A program made the position numbers and the translations under genes. 64,000 nucleotides of DNA from the human T2T-CHM13v2.0 reference genome, Homo sapiens, in the NCBI RefSeq assembly GCF_009914755.1, contig NC_060931.1; one strand, 5' to 3'. This document shows positions 46,953-63,861 of this stretch, piece after piece. The notes beneath the pieces were generated by a model. The model was not told the DNA's origin and did not search any database. It saw nothing but the letters and a program-made list of their open reading frames with translations. How positions within the stretch are numbered: the stretch's first letter is position 1; every line of letters begins with the position of its first letter.

Positions 46953-48599
46953 TTAAATTTGTTCAGTAGTGCTCATATATTACATCCACTGAAGTGCCAC
47001 TGGTTTATTATTTCCGTAAAGTTTAAACAGCCTTAAGACACTGAACAACATTTTTGTGCTGAATAATAAATATGTTTATGACTGATGCCCTGAACCACGG
47101 AAACGTAAAAAAGAGCTTCTAAAAATAGAGTACAGGACTTCAAAGAGGCCTGTCCATAAAATCAAATCTACAAAGAATAACTCAGATGGTTACCACAGAA
47201 TCGCATGAGTTCTTCACAGGCACCATTGGTATTTAATAGTCCCCAAACAGGACGTCTGGCTACAATTACAAGAAATATGAGAAATCTCACCCCCTTAATG
47301 TGAAAAAAGAAAAACAAAATGCTTGAGATAAGTATGTGAAAATCACTAGTCTTATGATCATTACATTGATCATAAAAACCACTTTAAAACATAATTCATT
47401 TTCAGCTACAGGATGGTGATATGGACCTGGTCCTGTTAAGACAGAGCAGAAGATGCAAATCTTTTATAGAAATTACACTGAAACAGATAGGCAAATGTGG
47501 AATGTAGTTTGATTGAACTACTGATTCTGAATTTATTTGCTGTATGGTAAATGCATAAATTTGAGTACTACTGAACAAATTTAAGAGAAACTGGCTTTCT
47601 TTCACAGATCCTTGCTATCTCTATACCAGCATGAACATGAACAGTATTTTGAAGAATCTTTGCCCTATTTTACAAGAGGAGCGTTTAGCTCTCTGGGTTC
47701 TCATGCTTTACTATTTTCTGCCTCCAAGGAAAATAATGTGTCAGCCTCACATATACTCTCTGGTTACGTGGCGTGTACATAATTAAAAGGGAAAATTAAA
47801 ATGCCTTCTAGACTAGTCACGAACAAAATTAATACTTTAGAATGGAATTTAAATCAGTCATCTGAAAGGGAGACTCCGAGATCCTGTTGCTATTTCTTGA
47901 ATACTTTTAGAGGAGTGTCATTTTTTTTCCCACCCTGCCCTTTCCTTTATTGGCTTTTCATACAATGAGTTTGCTGTGCCCATCACCGGATACATGAACA
48001 ACAACAAAAAAGCTACAGCTGGATCCTGTATTAGTCTCAGCTGCAGTTAAAGCTCTTTTTTTAAATCAATAGGAAAGTGTTGAGGGAGGGAAGAAGAAAA
48101 AGATGCATTCCTGAGAGATTTAAGGTTTAGTCTTCATCCAAGGATCTGACAGCAAAAGTATCTCTTGAAAATTATGTAAATATAGTTTGTCTTACTAAAT
48201 TTTCCAATTGTTAAGTTCATTTCTTTATAAAACCATGGCCAAATATTAAAATAAAATCCTCACTATGTTAAGCCAGATAACTACCTCCGGATGGGTGTGA
48301 GTCTGAGAAACCACTGTGGATGCTTGTTCCAAATTTACCCACACACACATTCCACTGACATCTGAACCACTCCGTAACTCCTTCTGGTTACCAACTTAAT
48401 CCACACTTACCAAAGAACAAGAAAAATGAATGTCACTTTTACCTTGAATCAAAATGATTTTTAACATATTTACAATTAAAAAATTAAAGAAACTGAAGCA
48501 CTTATCAATTCTGCTTACACATGCAATCTAGTCTATAGGATGCAAATAATGATATTAGACAATAAGCCTGGACTCTTCAAAAAGGTGTCACGAAAACAA

Positions 48600-48890
48600 T
48601 TTTTTTTTTTTTTTTTGAGACAGAGTCATACTGTGTTCACCCAGGCTGGAGTGCACTGGCAGAACCTTGGCTCACTGCAACCTCTGCCTCCTGGGTTCAA
48701 GCAATTCTCGTGCCTCAGCTTGAGATTTCAGGTATGCAGCACCATGCCCAGTTAATTTTTTTGTATTTTTAGTAGAGATAGGGTTTCACCATGTTGGCCA
48801 GGCTGGTCTTGAACTCCTGGCCTCAAGTGATCCGCCTGCCTCGGCCTCTCAAAGTGCTGAAATTACCGGCCTGATCCATCGCACCCAGCC
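48600..48890 (-). mobile_element. Alu (AluS-like)
   Basis: Antisense dimer. Confidence 0.9.
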
Positions 48891-48918
48891 ACCAAAACAC
48901 ATTTTAAAATTAAAAACA

Positions 48919-49592
<674 letters not shown>

Positions 49593-49599
49593 AGACTGA

Positions 49600-50320
<721 letters not shown>

Positions 50321-51110
50321 AGATATAATAATCATATTGCCAATCATCAGTTATTCCTCAGCCCAAATAAAACAATTCTTCCAACTCACTCTACTCAGTA
50401 TGTAAAGACAGGCAGGCCAGAGGCTTAACACACTGATGACTAACAGTTTTGAATGCCTACTATTACAATCGTCGAGATTTTTGATAAATTCTTCATATAA
50501 ATAATTTCACTTCGGTTTTTTAACAGCTTAGGGAGATTAAGTAACTTACACAAAATCACAAGGCTAGAAATGACAGAGCTGCAGATATTTACTTAAAAAT
50601 ATGTCAATACCAAATATTTGTCAACACCAATCAGGCTCAAATGTTTAAACAAACTTATGTAAGCATACAGAAAGTATGAATACAAATTCTCAGAACCATT
50701 AACATTATAGATGACAATATTCTGCCTTGAACAAGGGGAATTACCCGAAATATCCTCAATGGCTGACCTGATATAGCAAACAGGGAAAAGTTCTGAAATC
50801 CTAATTCCTAGAGACCCCAAGGGAAAAGAGGGCCTCTCCAATCCCACAGGACTAAGACTATTTAGGAAGGAATGGCTACATAGTTATCTCCAGCATGATG
50901 CATCCCAACAGAGTCGGCCGTGAAGAAGCTGGGCTGAGGACCAGAAAGGCCCCCACCACAGCACTGCAGTAGTCCTGGGGGTCCAGCACCTCATCAAGAT
51001 AGGGAGGGAGGGATATGTTGGGGACATCAGGAGAAAACAGCTTCTACTTCAAGTCTCTTATGAAATTAAGGACTTACAGACTCCCTATGTGGGGGAGACG
51101 CTCAGGTTAG

Positions 51111-51448
<338 letters not shown>

Positions 51449-53406
51449 AACCTTTAATCTGTTTAACCAAAGTTGAAATGGCCCTGTCAATAACTTTACA
51501 ACTCTAAGGAAACAGCACTCCTGTAAAATCTGTTCTTGAAATTCCCAGTCACTGATCCAATCAACTACATTTCTTGATGGCTGAAACCAAGATAAAACCG
51601 CCTACAGCAAGTCCTGAGACTCGAGAACTTCTGCCGGGATATTCTCTCCAAAGGGAGTCACTGGCCACTGGTTCAGGCAGGGGGCCCTAGAGCACACTCC
51701 CATTTGTGGAACTCCCAGGCAGGCCTGCACCAAACCTCAAGGGGGCTGAAAGGACTAGGATAGAGGACTTCTCTCTGAAGACACAAATTCTTTGCTCCCC
51801 TTTACAGGTATAACAGAAATGGGAGATAAATGTTTTAGCGCAGAACTTAACAAGACTTCTGAAGTAGATGGTCTTCATTACCTTTAGATGCAAGACAGTC
51901 CGCTCTTCACCAGAATCATAATAGGTAATACTTGACAGGAAGACATGCAAAGAGAGAAGCCCCCAGACTCCTCTCCTGAGAAGGAAAAAGTGGGGAGCGG
52001 TGGAAGCAGTGGGAAGGTAATAGAGACTTAAATCCTAAAACAAATGTCCAAGTACTAACAGCAGCAGAACCCAGGGGAAATAGCTTATGTTCTTTCCAGA
52101 TGAAAAAAATTAAAAAGTCATGTTCTGCATGTCCAGCCAAATTACTGGGCACTTGTCAGGCAGAGCAACTACTGGGGGAGCCAAGGGAGGGCAGGACACA
52201 CCACATCCATGTGGACTCTGCTCTCTCTGAGAGCTGTCATCAAGAGTGAAGCTGGCGGGACAACGTGTGGCGAGCAAGAGCTAGCAGACTTCAAGACCAG
52301 TCTGACCACAAAAAGGAAGGAAAGAAGGCATTTGACTTTCTTTTGTGAAAACTGAAACATCCTAGTAACCATCTGACTAGTATACAGTTTAACCACTACT
52401 TTGAACTAAATTTCAGGAACATAGTCCATAACAGACACCCTGTGATTCCCGAGAAAACGCAACATTTTAGAAGAAGACTTATCCAACGTGAAGATTTTTT
52501 TTTACATAAGGCAATGAAAGGCATCATTTATTCTCGAAATGTGTCATGCTCTCAGAAGTGTGGTCATATACTGAATCAAAGTCTACAATCACTCATCCTC
52601 CCACGCCTGGGAAATACAGCCTCATCATGTGAACAGGCCAAACATTCAAAAGACACTAAAATTCTTCAATTTTCCCATACTCTAACACAAACAAAACTGA
52701 ATTCATTTGTCTGATCCTTTCTCAACTCAAAAAAATTTTAATCTAATTACTGAAACTTGGAAAAGGACATTCTTGATTATTTTATTTCCTCTCTGTAAAG
52801 AACTAAAAGGAAGTCCTGTCTTCTAACAGAATATTAAATTGCCAATGCCACCTTTGATTACTGCATACTTCTAAATGTACACGTTAAAATACACATAAAG
52901 ATTTGCCAAATGAAACAATGTATTTCTAAGAATACGAAAACGTATTTTGTTTTATTAAAAGGGGAGAAAGTGTTAGTCTCAAAAAGAAAATATAACCTAG
53001 CCAAGTTCTTAAAGTAATATTTATATGGTTAATGAATATTTATGGCAGAGAAAAGGTGTTTTTCTCTTCGCACTCTATGGCGAGGAGATCCTTACTGAAT
53101 GAATGACAGAATGAAACCTACCTGCTGCTACAGCCAGTATCACACCAGATGCCTTGAGCTCCAAGTTACAGTACACTGCTGTTCAATCATTTAAACAAGA
53201 GGGGTATTTACTGTCCCACATGACAGGAAGTGTGGAGGTAGGGAGGTTCCTGGGTGGGTGAAATTCAGCAACAGCACCATCTAGAATCCCGCTGGTCATC
53301 CTCAGGGTGTGGGCTTGGAAATGGACAGGCTTAATTAAGAGCCATTGTGAATGCAAGCTGGCTACTCATCCAGGTCCAACAAAGTCTAGCATAAGAAATG
53401 CAACAG

Positions 53407-53722
53407 GGCTGGGCACGGTGGCTCACTCCTGGGAGGATCACCTGAGGCCAGGAGTTTAGGACCAGCCTGAGCAACGTAGCAAGATCTTGTCTCTACAAAA
53501 AATATTTTTTGTTTCTTTGGTTTGCTTTTTCTTTTTTTTCCAAAAAATACTTTTAAATTAGCGCAGCGTGGTGGTGAGGGCCTAGCTACTTGAGAGGCTG
53601 AGGTGGGGGGATCACTGGAGCCAAGGAGGTTGAGACCACAAAGAGCCATGATCATGCCACTGCACTCTGGCATAGGAGACAGAGCAAGACACAGTCTCAA
53701 AAAAAAAAAAAAAAAGAAAAGA
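53407..53722 (+). mobile_element. AluJ with deletions and a T-rich linker insert
   Basis: Insert 53505-53540 between caaaaaata repeats. Confidence 0.85.
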
Positions 53723-55115
53723 AACGCAACTCCTCATATATTTATTTGTGAAGGAAGAAACTTCTTGCAGACATCCCCCTGCAAACTGCCCTGCATACTG
53801 GCCAGACTTGGGTGACACTTTCACCTCTCCTCCACTTATGGATAAGGAAAGAGGGATTATCCCACCTGCTAAGACTATTTAAGATATAGCCCTTTGTGGT
53901 GATAAAGTCCTCTTCCCTGATGGGTAAATATGTAAACAATTCATGGTTCTGTGGGCAAGGAAGCAAAGAAGGGTGGATTTGCAATAGGGCATCAACAATG
54001 TCTTCTACACAGAGTCAAATATGGCTGTAACAATGACGACAAGCTACAAGGCAACAGGCAACAGAGAAATAAACTGGTTGTTCAATCCTTCTTCTGTCCC
54101 CCAAATATCTACATCCCATTTTATGGTTTCAAATCAAGAGTTGTTATTTAAGTTACATTTTATAGAAACGAAAAAATATTGTTTAAAGTCTATCAGCCAC
54201 CCTAATTCTTGAATCAACTATAAAAATAGCTCAATAATTACCGCTTTGATGAACCCTCATATTATCAAATTGTGGTTTTACAGAATCTCCAGAATGTGAA
54301 ATAATAAATGCAACCCAGATGTTCACTAAAAAATGAAAACAAGATTGTTTTTACTTCATAGCAACCAAATAGGTCAACCCATTTCCTCCTTCAGAGAATT
54401 CTCAGAGGACCACAAACTCCACTCAAAGAGCATGTGTTTCATACGTATCTGTCCAGAGAAAAAGGAAACTCTGATGTCCAAAATAAACGGAGAATATTAT
54501 ATGTTCTCATGAAAGTGAATTATAAAGTTGCAGTAAGCCTGTGTCTGCACATTGCCAAACATCTGGATGAAAACTTGGGGGAAAAAAATCACTAATTACC
54601 TAGATATTGGGAAATACTTTCTGATCATCATCCAAATGCTTTGTTTTACAGCAAATTGCTGATTTTATTAATTACAGACATAAGTTTTTCAAAAGAAGAC
54701 TACAGTAATTAACAATAGCCCTGTTGAGAGTTTAAAGCAGGAACTTTTATTCTCTCCTATTTGAACAGTGTTCCTGGTGACTTACTAAAAACCAAGTCAG
54801 CTCAAAGAGTAAATTTACTCGAGGAAAGTAAATCAAAATATCTTCTTGGCCAACTGAAATTGACTCAGGCGAGTCTCTTCCAATATTTACATAATAGTGA
54901 AAAGATATTTATCCGAAATAAATGCTTGCTGTATTGGCTCCAGCCAAATTATAAAGCACTACAGAATCTCATGTCTATTCTATGTTAATTGGGTACCTGA
55001 CATTAACTATAAAAAGTTTATGTTGGGTTAACTTCAAAAACAGGATGGAGAGTCATGTATTTTCTACTCTCATTTAAATGATTTACTATTTTCCCCACAA
55101 ACTCAAAATATTTTA

Positions 55116-55173
55116 CATACATATATATAATATATATATATATTATATATATATATATATATATAATATATAT

Positions 55174-55203
<30 letters not shown>
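55116..55203. repeat. Interrupted (TA)n microsatellite, about 88 bp
   Basis: Alternating TA adjoining an Alu T-tail. Confidence 0.95.
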
Positions 55204-55498
<295 letters not shown>

Positions 55499-55759
55499 AA
55501 TATTTTATATATCTTAAGCAGCTTTTAGGGTACTTTGACAAAACCTACTTTTAAAATTTCATTTCATTTCAAAAGTTTCAACAGTCTCATATTACAAGCT
55601 GACAAACCCGCTTTTTAAAGGATCTGCCAATAATTTCTTAAAACTATATCTACCTCTCCCAAAGTTACTTATACTAAGAGTGTGAAAATGCAAACAGCAT
55701 TATTATTCTAACATGCCTGATAGAAATGATTATTGGTCTCCTGTGAAAACTTCCTTGAG

Positions 55760-56330
55760 AAGTATTTCACTGCAAAACAAACATACCCTTCCCTCACTGA
55801 GCTCCAGCCACTCAGGCTTCCCCTCTATTCTCATAACATGCCACATTTCCAATTAAGGCCCATGGCACGTGCCTTTCCTTCAGCAAAGACACACCTTCCC
55901 CCACTAGCTCCTTAGCCCACTCCAGTCTAGCTAGCTCCCTGCCTCTCCCCAAATTGTTTTTCTTTAACATCACCAAGTCCAGTAGACATGTCCCCATCCC
56001 CATTTTAGGCCGTCTCTAAGTGCATTCAACACAGCTGATCGATCACTCCTTCTCTCTTCTGCAATGCCACACAATCTTCAAGGCTTCCTAGGCCTCACTG
56101 GTTACCCTCCCAGTCCCCTTTGCTGTGCTGTCCTCAGTCCTAGGATTTTTCTCCTCTCTCAACTCTCTTCCCTATGTGAGCTCTTCCACCCGCATGAATT
56201 AAAATCTCCCCAATGTTTATCTCCTACCCAAATTAGTCTTCTGAGCAGCAGACTGACACAGCCAACTGCCTACCTACCATCTCCACCAGGATATCTCACT
56301 AACAAGTCCATTTTAAATAGCAAAATTGAA
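55760..56330 (+). mobile_element. L2 fragments
   Basis: gcattcaacacagctgatcgatcactccttctc; ccaactgcctacctaccatctccaccaggatatctca. Confidence 0.6.
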
Positions 56331-56802
56331 TTCCTGAGAGTCTGCTTCCAGTAAAGCTGACTAGCTCACTGCAGACCAACATTTCTGCCAAGAACAACTT
56401 AAAAAACTGAACAAATTATTAGAAACAACTGTTTGAAGGCATCAGAGAGCTACCCATGCAGTGAGGACTCTGGAGGCCAGGATTCCAGAGGGAAAAGGGG
56501 AGTGCAGAAAAGTGAGCCCAATCACCGGGGCCCCTTTTCTCCTTGAGGGATTCGCCAATTCACAGCAGAAGCTGGGAAGCCAAAATACCAAACAGAAACA
56601 AGTGACTGAGAATCCAAGAAGGTCAGCAGAATAGCCACCAGTCTTAGGGGACTGAGGGGACAAAAATTAGAGTTCAGGGGCTGCCAAGTAGAAGAGGCCC
56701 TGGGAAGCAACCCAAGCTTTCAGTGGGAACCACTAAAGGCTATAACCTAGAAGAAGGGTAAACCAGAATAGACCATGCCTCATAATTTTAAAGTGATATT
56801 CC

Positions 56803-57058
56803 GGCCAGGTGAGGTGGCTCAGGCCTGTAATCCCAGCACCTTTGGAGGCTGAGGCAGGCAGATCATTTGAGGCCAGGAGTTCAAGACCAGTCTGGGAAAC
56901 ATAGTGGGACCCTGGCTCTACAAAAATAAAAAATAATTAGCTGGGCATGGTGGCATGTGCCTGTAGTCCCAGCTACTTGGGAGGCTGAGGTAGGAGGATC
57001 ATAGGATCATTTGAGCCTGACTGTGCTTCAGCTTAGGCGACAGAGTGAGACCCTGTCT

Positions 57059-57090
<32 letters not shown>
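56803..57090 (+). mobile_element. AluJ
   Basis: Flanking aaagtgatattcc. Confidence 0.88.
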
Positions 57091-57098
<8 letters not shown>

Positions 57099-57962
57099 TG
57101 ATATTCCCTTACTTTAACTGCCTGCCAAATCCTCAAATGAAGCCAACAGGCAGGGTCTTGAATTATCTCTATAATTTTTCACATACATTGTCCAGAATTT
57201 AATTAAAGCTCAACAGGCATATCTAGAATCAAGATCACATGACTGAAAACCAAGGATAAAACAGACAACAGAACACACTTACAAGGCATCCAAATATCGG
57301 AGTTATCAGACACAGACTTTAAAATAACTCTGATTCATACAATAAAGCAGTTGACAAGATAAAAAATGCCAGCAGAAAATTGGAATCTTTAAAAAAAAAT
57401 CAAGAAAACTGGAAAAGACAATAATGGAAATTAGGAACTCAATAAACGAGTTCAACAGCAATTACAGCTGAAGAAAGGATTACTACAATGGAATATAAGT
57501 CAGAAGAAGATACAGAGTGAACGATGGAGAGGCAAAGGGATAAAGGACACAGAAAAGAATCTAAGACATACAGGACACGACACAGAGGGCATGTTTAATG
57601 CACAGGTAATTACAGTCCTGGAAGGAGATGAGACAGGAAATGCAGCAGAAGCAATCAATGAAGAGATAATGAACAAGAATTCTGTAAATCTAATTTAAGA
57701 TCAAGCTTTGTCACAGCACTGCCAAAGAGAAGAAAAAGAACAACTAATCCCAAGCAGGATACACTTGAGGAAAACCACATCTGGACACACCACATAACAG
57801 CTGAAAACCAAACCCAAAGAGAACATCTTAAAAGCAGCCTAAAGGGAAGAAAAAACACACTAACTGGAAAAGAGTGACAATAAGACTGATGCAGCTGACT
57901 TCTCCACAGAATCAGTGGAAGCCAGAAAGCAGTAAAACTACCCCTTCAAAACACTGTAGGAA

Positions 57963-58298
57963 GGCCAGGCTCAATGGCTGATGCCTGTAATCCCAACACT
58001 TTGGATCACTTGAGGCCAGTAGTTCAACACCAGCCTGAGCAACATAGTGAGACCTCCCATCTTTACAAAAAATTAAAAACTGCAATAAATTAACTTGAAA
58101 GCCTCCAACTATAATCCTGATGAAACTATCCTTCAAAAACAGAGGCAAGCTTAGCACAGTGGCACATGCCTGTAGTCCTAGCTACTCGGGAGGCTGAGGC
58201 AGGAGGACTGCTTGAGCCCAGGAGTTCAAGGCTGCAGTGAGCTATGATGGCGTCACTGCTCTCCAGCCTGGGCAACAGAGCGCGACTCTAATAAAAAA
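57963..58298 (+). mobile_element. Two Alu monomer fragments
   Basis: Left arm 57963-58080; FRAM/FAM-like 58149-58298. Confidence 0.8.
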
Positions 58299-58890
58299 AT
58301 TGTGTTTAAGTGGAGGCAAAGTAAAGGCATTTTTGACCCAAAAAAAAAATGAACCCTCACAATAGTTTTTTCCCCTGTTCATTAAGCAACACCACTACCA
58401 AGCCAGAAACCTAAAGTCATATTTGATTCCTACAGTTTCTATACCTCTAACCTTCTCCAAGCTGACAGTATGTCCATCTGATTCTCCAAAATACATTCCA
58501 TCCCATAACAAGAGCTCACTTACGAGAAACCTTCACATGTACCCCTGAACCTAATATAACAGCTTTTAAAATATATATTTTGTCACTATAAAGCAACACA
58601 AATTAAAGCAATACATCATTTCTTACCCATGAGATAGGTAAATATTTAAAAGTAAGGCAAACACTGTGTGCTGATTAGAATGCTGGGAAATCACACTACT
58701 CACAAGCCCCTAATGAGAAAGCAATCTGTTATCTATTAAAACTGAAGCATGCCTATAACTCACAACTGCAATTCTAGAAATATACTCTAGATAAACTCAC
58801 ATTTGTGAGGGGAGAGAAGACTAGGGAGCTCACCTCAGTACCGTTTGTAACACCACCAGTGTAACATTGACATTAAAAAGTTGAACACAG

Positions 58891-60106
<1,216 letters not shown>

Positions 60107-60567
60107 TCAACTTTATTCAGTATTTATTAACAAATATTTACTGAAAGGCTACTATGTACCAAGCACTGTTCTAGATCTTGGAGATATAACTGGATAAAAG
60201 CAGAAAATATTCTTACTTTCACAGAACTCACATTGTAAGAGAAAAGAAACAAATATGTAATAGGTAAGGCGTGACATGTGCTAAGGGAGAAAAATAGAGC
60301 TGACAGTAACAATGAATGTGATTTTAGATAGGTTGGTCAAGGAAGACTTCTGTGATAAGGAAACATTTGAGCACAAACTTGAATGAAGCAAGGATACACC
60401 ACATGCAGGTATCTAAGAGGAAACCACTACAGGGGCAGCAAGTGCACAGGCACTGAGGCAGGAGTGTGCTTGGCAAGGAGACCAATGAGACAGAGCAGAG
60501 TCAGGGAGGAAACGGGAGAGGAGCAACAGACAATGTCAAAGAGATAGCAGGGGACTAGAGTAGTAGT

Positions 60568-60705
60568 CAAGGGCAGTCCCCAAGGTCAGAATGTTTTTTA
60601 CATATTGAAAAGGTTATGAAAAAAAAAAGACTTGTGACAGAGATCATATGTGGCCCACAAAGCCTACGAGGTTTACTATCCGGCCCTTTTATGAAAAAAA
60701 AGCTT
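60568..60705. mobile_element. MER58-like hAT-Charlie
   Basis: gacagagatcatatgtggcccacaaagcct...tactatccggcccttt. Confidence 0.75.
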
Positions 60706-61022
60706 GGCTGGGCGTGGTGGCTCATGCCTGTAATCCCAGCACTTTGGGAGGCCAAGGCAGGCAGATCACGAGGTCAGGAGTTCAAGACCAGCCTGGCCAA
60801 TATGGTGAAACCCGTATCTATTTAAAAAAAAAAATTACAAAAAATTAGCCGGGCATGGTGGCACGCGCCTGTAGTCCCAGCTACTCAGGAGGCTGAGGCA
60901 GGAGAATCACTTGAGCCCAGGAAGCGGATGTTGCAGTGAGCCGAGATCGCTCCACTGCACTCCAGCCCAGGTGACAGAGCAAGACTCCATTTCAAAAAAA
61001 AAAAAAAAAAAAAGAAGAAGAA
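60706..61022 (+). mobile_element. Alu (AluSg-like)
   Basis: Dimer. Confidence 0.9.
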
Positions 61023-61599
61023 GAACTTGCAGCCCCTAAACTACAGCGTGTGGGCCATGGCCATGGTAAGGTGGTCTGAGAATAGGATTCTCAATAAACC
61101 GAGGAAAGAGCAAACTTTCAGAGAGGAGTGACATGACCTGCGTGTCAAAGGGAATCGCCCTGGCTGCAGTGTGAACAAGGATGACAATGGGAGAACCATG
61201 AGAAGGCTTAAGGCAAAAGAAGTGAAAGATGGCACCAAAATTTTGGCCTGAGCAACTGGAAGAACACCACAATATACTGAGATGGAGAGACTTACCAGTA
61301 ATGCTTTATTTTTTAAAAAACGGACCTAAAAAATGCAACAGAACATTGACAGCTATTATGTCAATTCTGAGTAGTGGGAACAAGAGTGCTGGTTTCATTA
61401 TTCTTTGTACTTTTCTGTATGTTTTATACAGATGTGTTTTATATATATCCTTCCCTCCATATTTCCCACTACCACCCTAACCCACCAAGCCCCGTAACTC
61501 TCACCTGAACCACTGCAACACCTCCCTTCTCCCAAGTCCTCCCTTCTCCTCCAAACCACTCTCCACTCAGGAGTCAAGAATATGCTTCTTTAAAAAGCA

Positions 61600-61805
61600 G
61601 GGGGCAGTGGTTGAGAATACGGATTCTGAAATGGAAGGCTTGGGTTCCAATCACAGCTCCATCACCTGCTAGCTGTGAAATTTCAGACCAATTACTTAGC
61701 TTCCCTATGCCTCCATTTTCCAATCTGAAAATAGCAATATGATGAAGAGTCAATAAATTAAGACGCAGAAAGTACGCAGGACATACAGCATCAAGTAAAT
61801 ATTAG
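61600..61805 (+). mobile_element. MIR
   Basis: tgggttccaatcacagctccatcacctgctagctgtga core. Confidence 0.7.
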
Positions 61806-62277
61806 CTAAAATTATTGAAATGTAAATCAAATGAGATTTCCCCGTTTAAAAATCTTTCAGCGGCTTCATGTACTTAGAATAAAATCTGCATTCCTTAGCT
61901 ACTGAAAGCCTGACATGGCCCCAGTCTATCTCTCCCGCTTCACTGTCTGTTCAAGCCACACAAAGCTGCTTTTAATTCTCTAGAATACTCAGCTCTTGCC
62001 AGCTCCATGCCTTCCCTTCTGTCTGGTCCACTACCCCTATAGATTGCACCTCGAAGGGCATTTCCTCAGAGGCCTTCCCTGGCCACGGGCTTTCCCTACA
62101 CCTCTCCCATCCCACACTTTCTCTTCCTCAACCTCTTGTTGATTTCCTTTAACACATCTAGCATAATACATGATTATTTTATATATAGCTGTTTACCTCT
62201 TTTGTCTGTCTCTCCATCTAAACATGAGCTCCATGAACGTGGGAAATTTATCTGCCGTATTCACCACTGTTAGGCAC

Positions 62278-62681
62278 TGATACAGTTTGGATATATGCCC
62301 CGCCCAAATCTCATGTTGAACTGTAATCCCCAATGCTGGAGGCAGGACTTGGAGGGGAGGCGACAGGATCATGGAGGCAGATCCCTCATGGCTCAGTGCT
62401 GCCCTTGCAATAGTGAGTGAGGACTCCTGAGATCTGGTCGTTTAAGGGCGTGGCATCTCTTCCCTCTTGCTCCTGCTCTAGCCATGTGATGTGCCTGATC
62501 CTGCTTCACCTTCCATTATGAGTAAAAAGCTCCCTGAGGCCTCCCCAGGAGCCGAGCAGATGCTGGCACCATGCCTGTACAGCTACAGCCTGCACAACCA
62601 TGAGTCCATGAAACCTCTTTCCTTTATATATAACCCAGGCTCAGGTACTTCTTTATAGCAATGCAAAAACGGCATGACACA
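62278..62681 (+). mobile_element. MST (MSTB-like) MaLR solo LTR in L2
   Basis: TG...CA ends, ccaaatctcatgttgaactgtaatccccaatg; 5-bp TSD ggcac. Confidence 0.88.
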
Positions 62682-62910
62682 GGCACTAATAGCTCTTGTG
62701 CCATGCATAGAACCTGGTATTTGGTAGAGACACCATCAACATTTGAGTAAATGACTACAAAAGAATATACTCTAAGCATAATCTAAAAGCATCCACTTTT
62801 TAAACTCTCAAAAATACAGTAGTTAACTTACTACAGAATGAAAAATAGGTAACATTTTATAACCTTACATTGCATATCACATTATCTTTTTGTTGCGGTC
62901 TTCCCAGAAT

Positions 62911-63199
62911 ATTTTGTTTGTTTGTTTTGAGACCGAGTCTCACTCTGTCGCCAGGCAGTGGCGCTATCTCGGCTCATTGCAACCTCTGCCTCCAGGGTTC
63001 AAGCAATTCTCCTGCCTCAGCCTCTCGAGCAGCTGGGACTACAGGTGCGCATCACTATGCCCGGCTAATTTTTGTATTTTTAGTAGAGACGGGGTTTCAC
63101 CACATTGGCCAGACTGGTCTCGAACTCCTGACCTCATGATCTACCCGCCTTGGCCTCCCAAAGTGCTGGGATTACAGGCGTGAGCCATTGCGCCCAGCT
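62911..63199 (-). mobile_element. Alu (AluSg-like)
   Basis: Antisense dimer. Confidence 0.9.
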
Positions 63200-63548
63200 G
63201 TATTTTTTAATCTATAAAAATTCCCTCAAAAAAGGTGTAAAATGGGTATTTTCTTACCATCATACTATTTTTCTATGAAACTGCCTTCCAATTTTAGAAA
63301 AAGTGAAGACAGATTATTCAAACTTTTTTGAATTTCAAAAAAATAAAAAGGCACATAGTGAAAAGTTTCCTTCCCACCTATATTCCCCATCCACTCAGTT
63401 CCCATCATCTTCCCCAATCAGGTAACCATTGTTATTGGTTCCTCCTTTCACCTTCCAGGGAATCTGCATGCATCAGCCATTACCTCCTCTTTCAAAACAC
63501 AAGAATGGGAGCACGCAATGCACACTTTCCTACACTTTGCTCTTGTAA

Positions 63549-63861
<313 letters not shown>

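Larger units (their letters stand above)
56340..58345 (+). mobile_element. Old L1M 5'UTR/ORF1 remnant with nested Alus
   Basis: gagttatcagacacagactttaaaataact; gagaacatcttaaaagcagcc; cagctgacttctccacagaa..tggaagccagaa. Confidence 0.7.
60110..61290 (-). mobile_element. L2 3' region interrupted by MER58 and an Alu
   Basis: aacaaatatttactgaaaggctactatgtaccaagcactgttctag. Confidence 0.75.

Noticed and set aside
53063-53088. Short hairpin tctcttcgc...gcgaggaga
   Set aside because: Too short for a pre-miRNA and no RNA family match recognised
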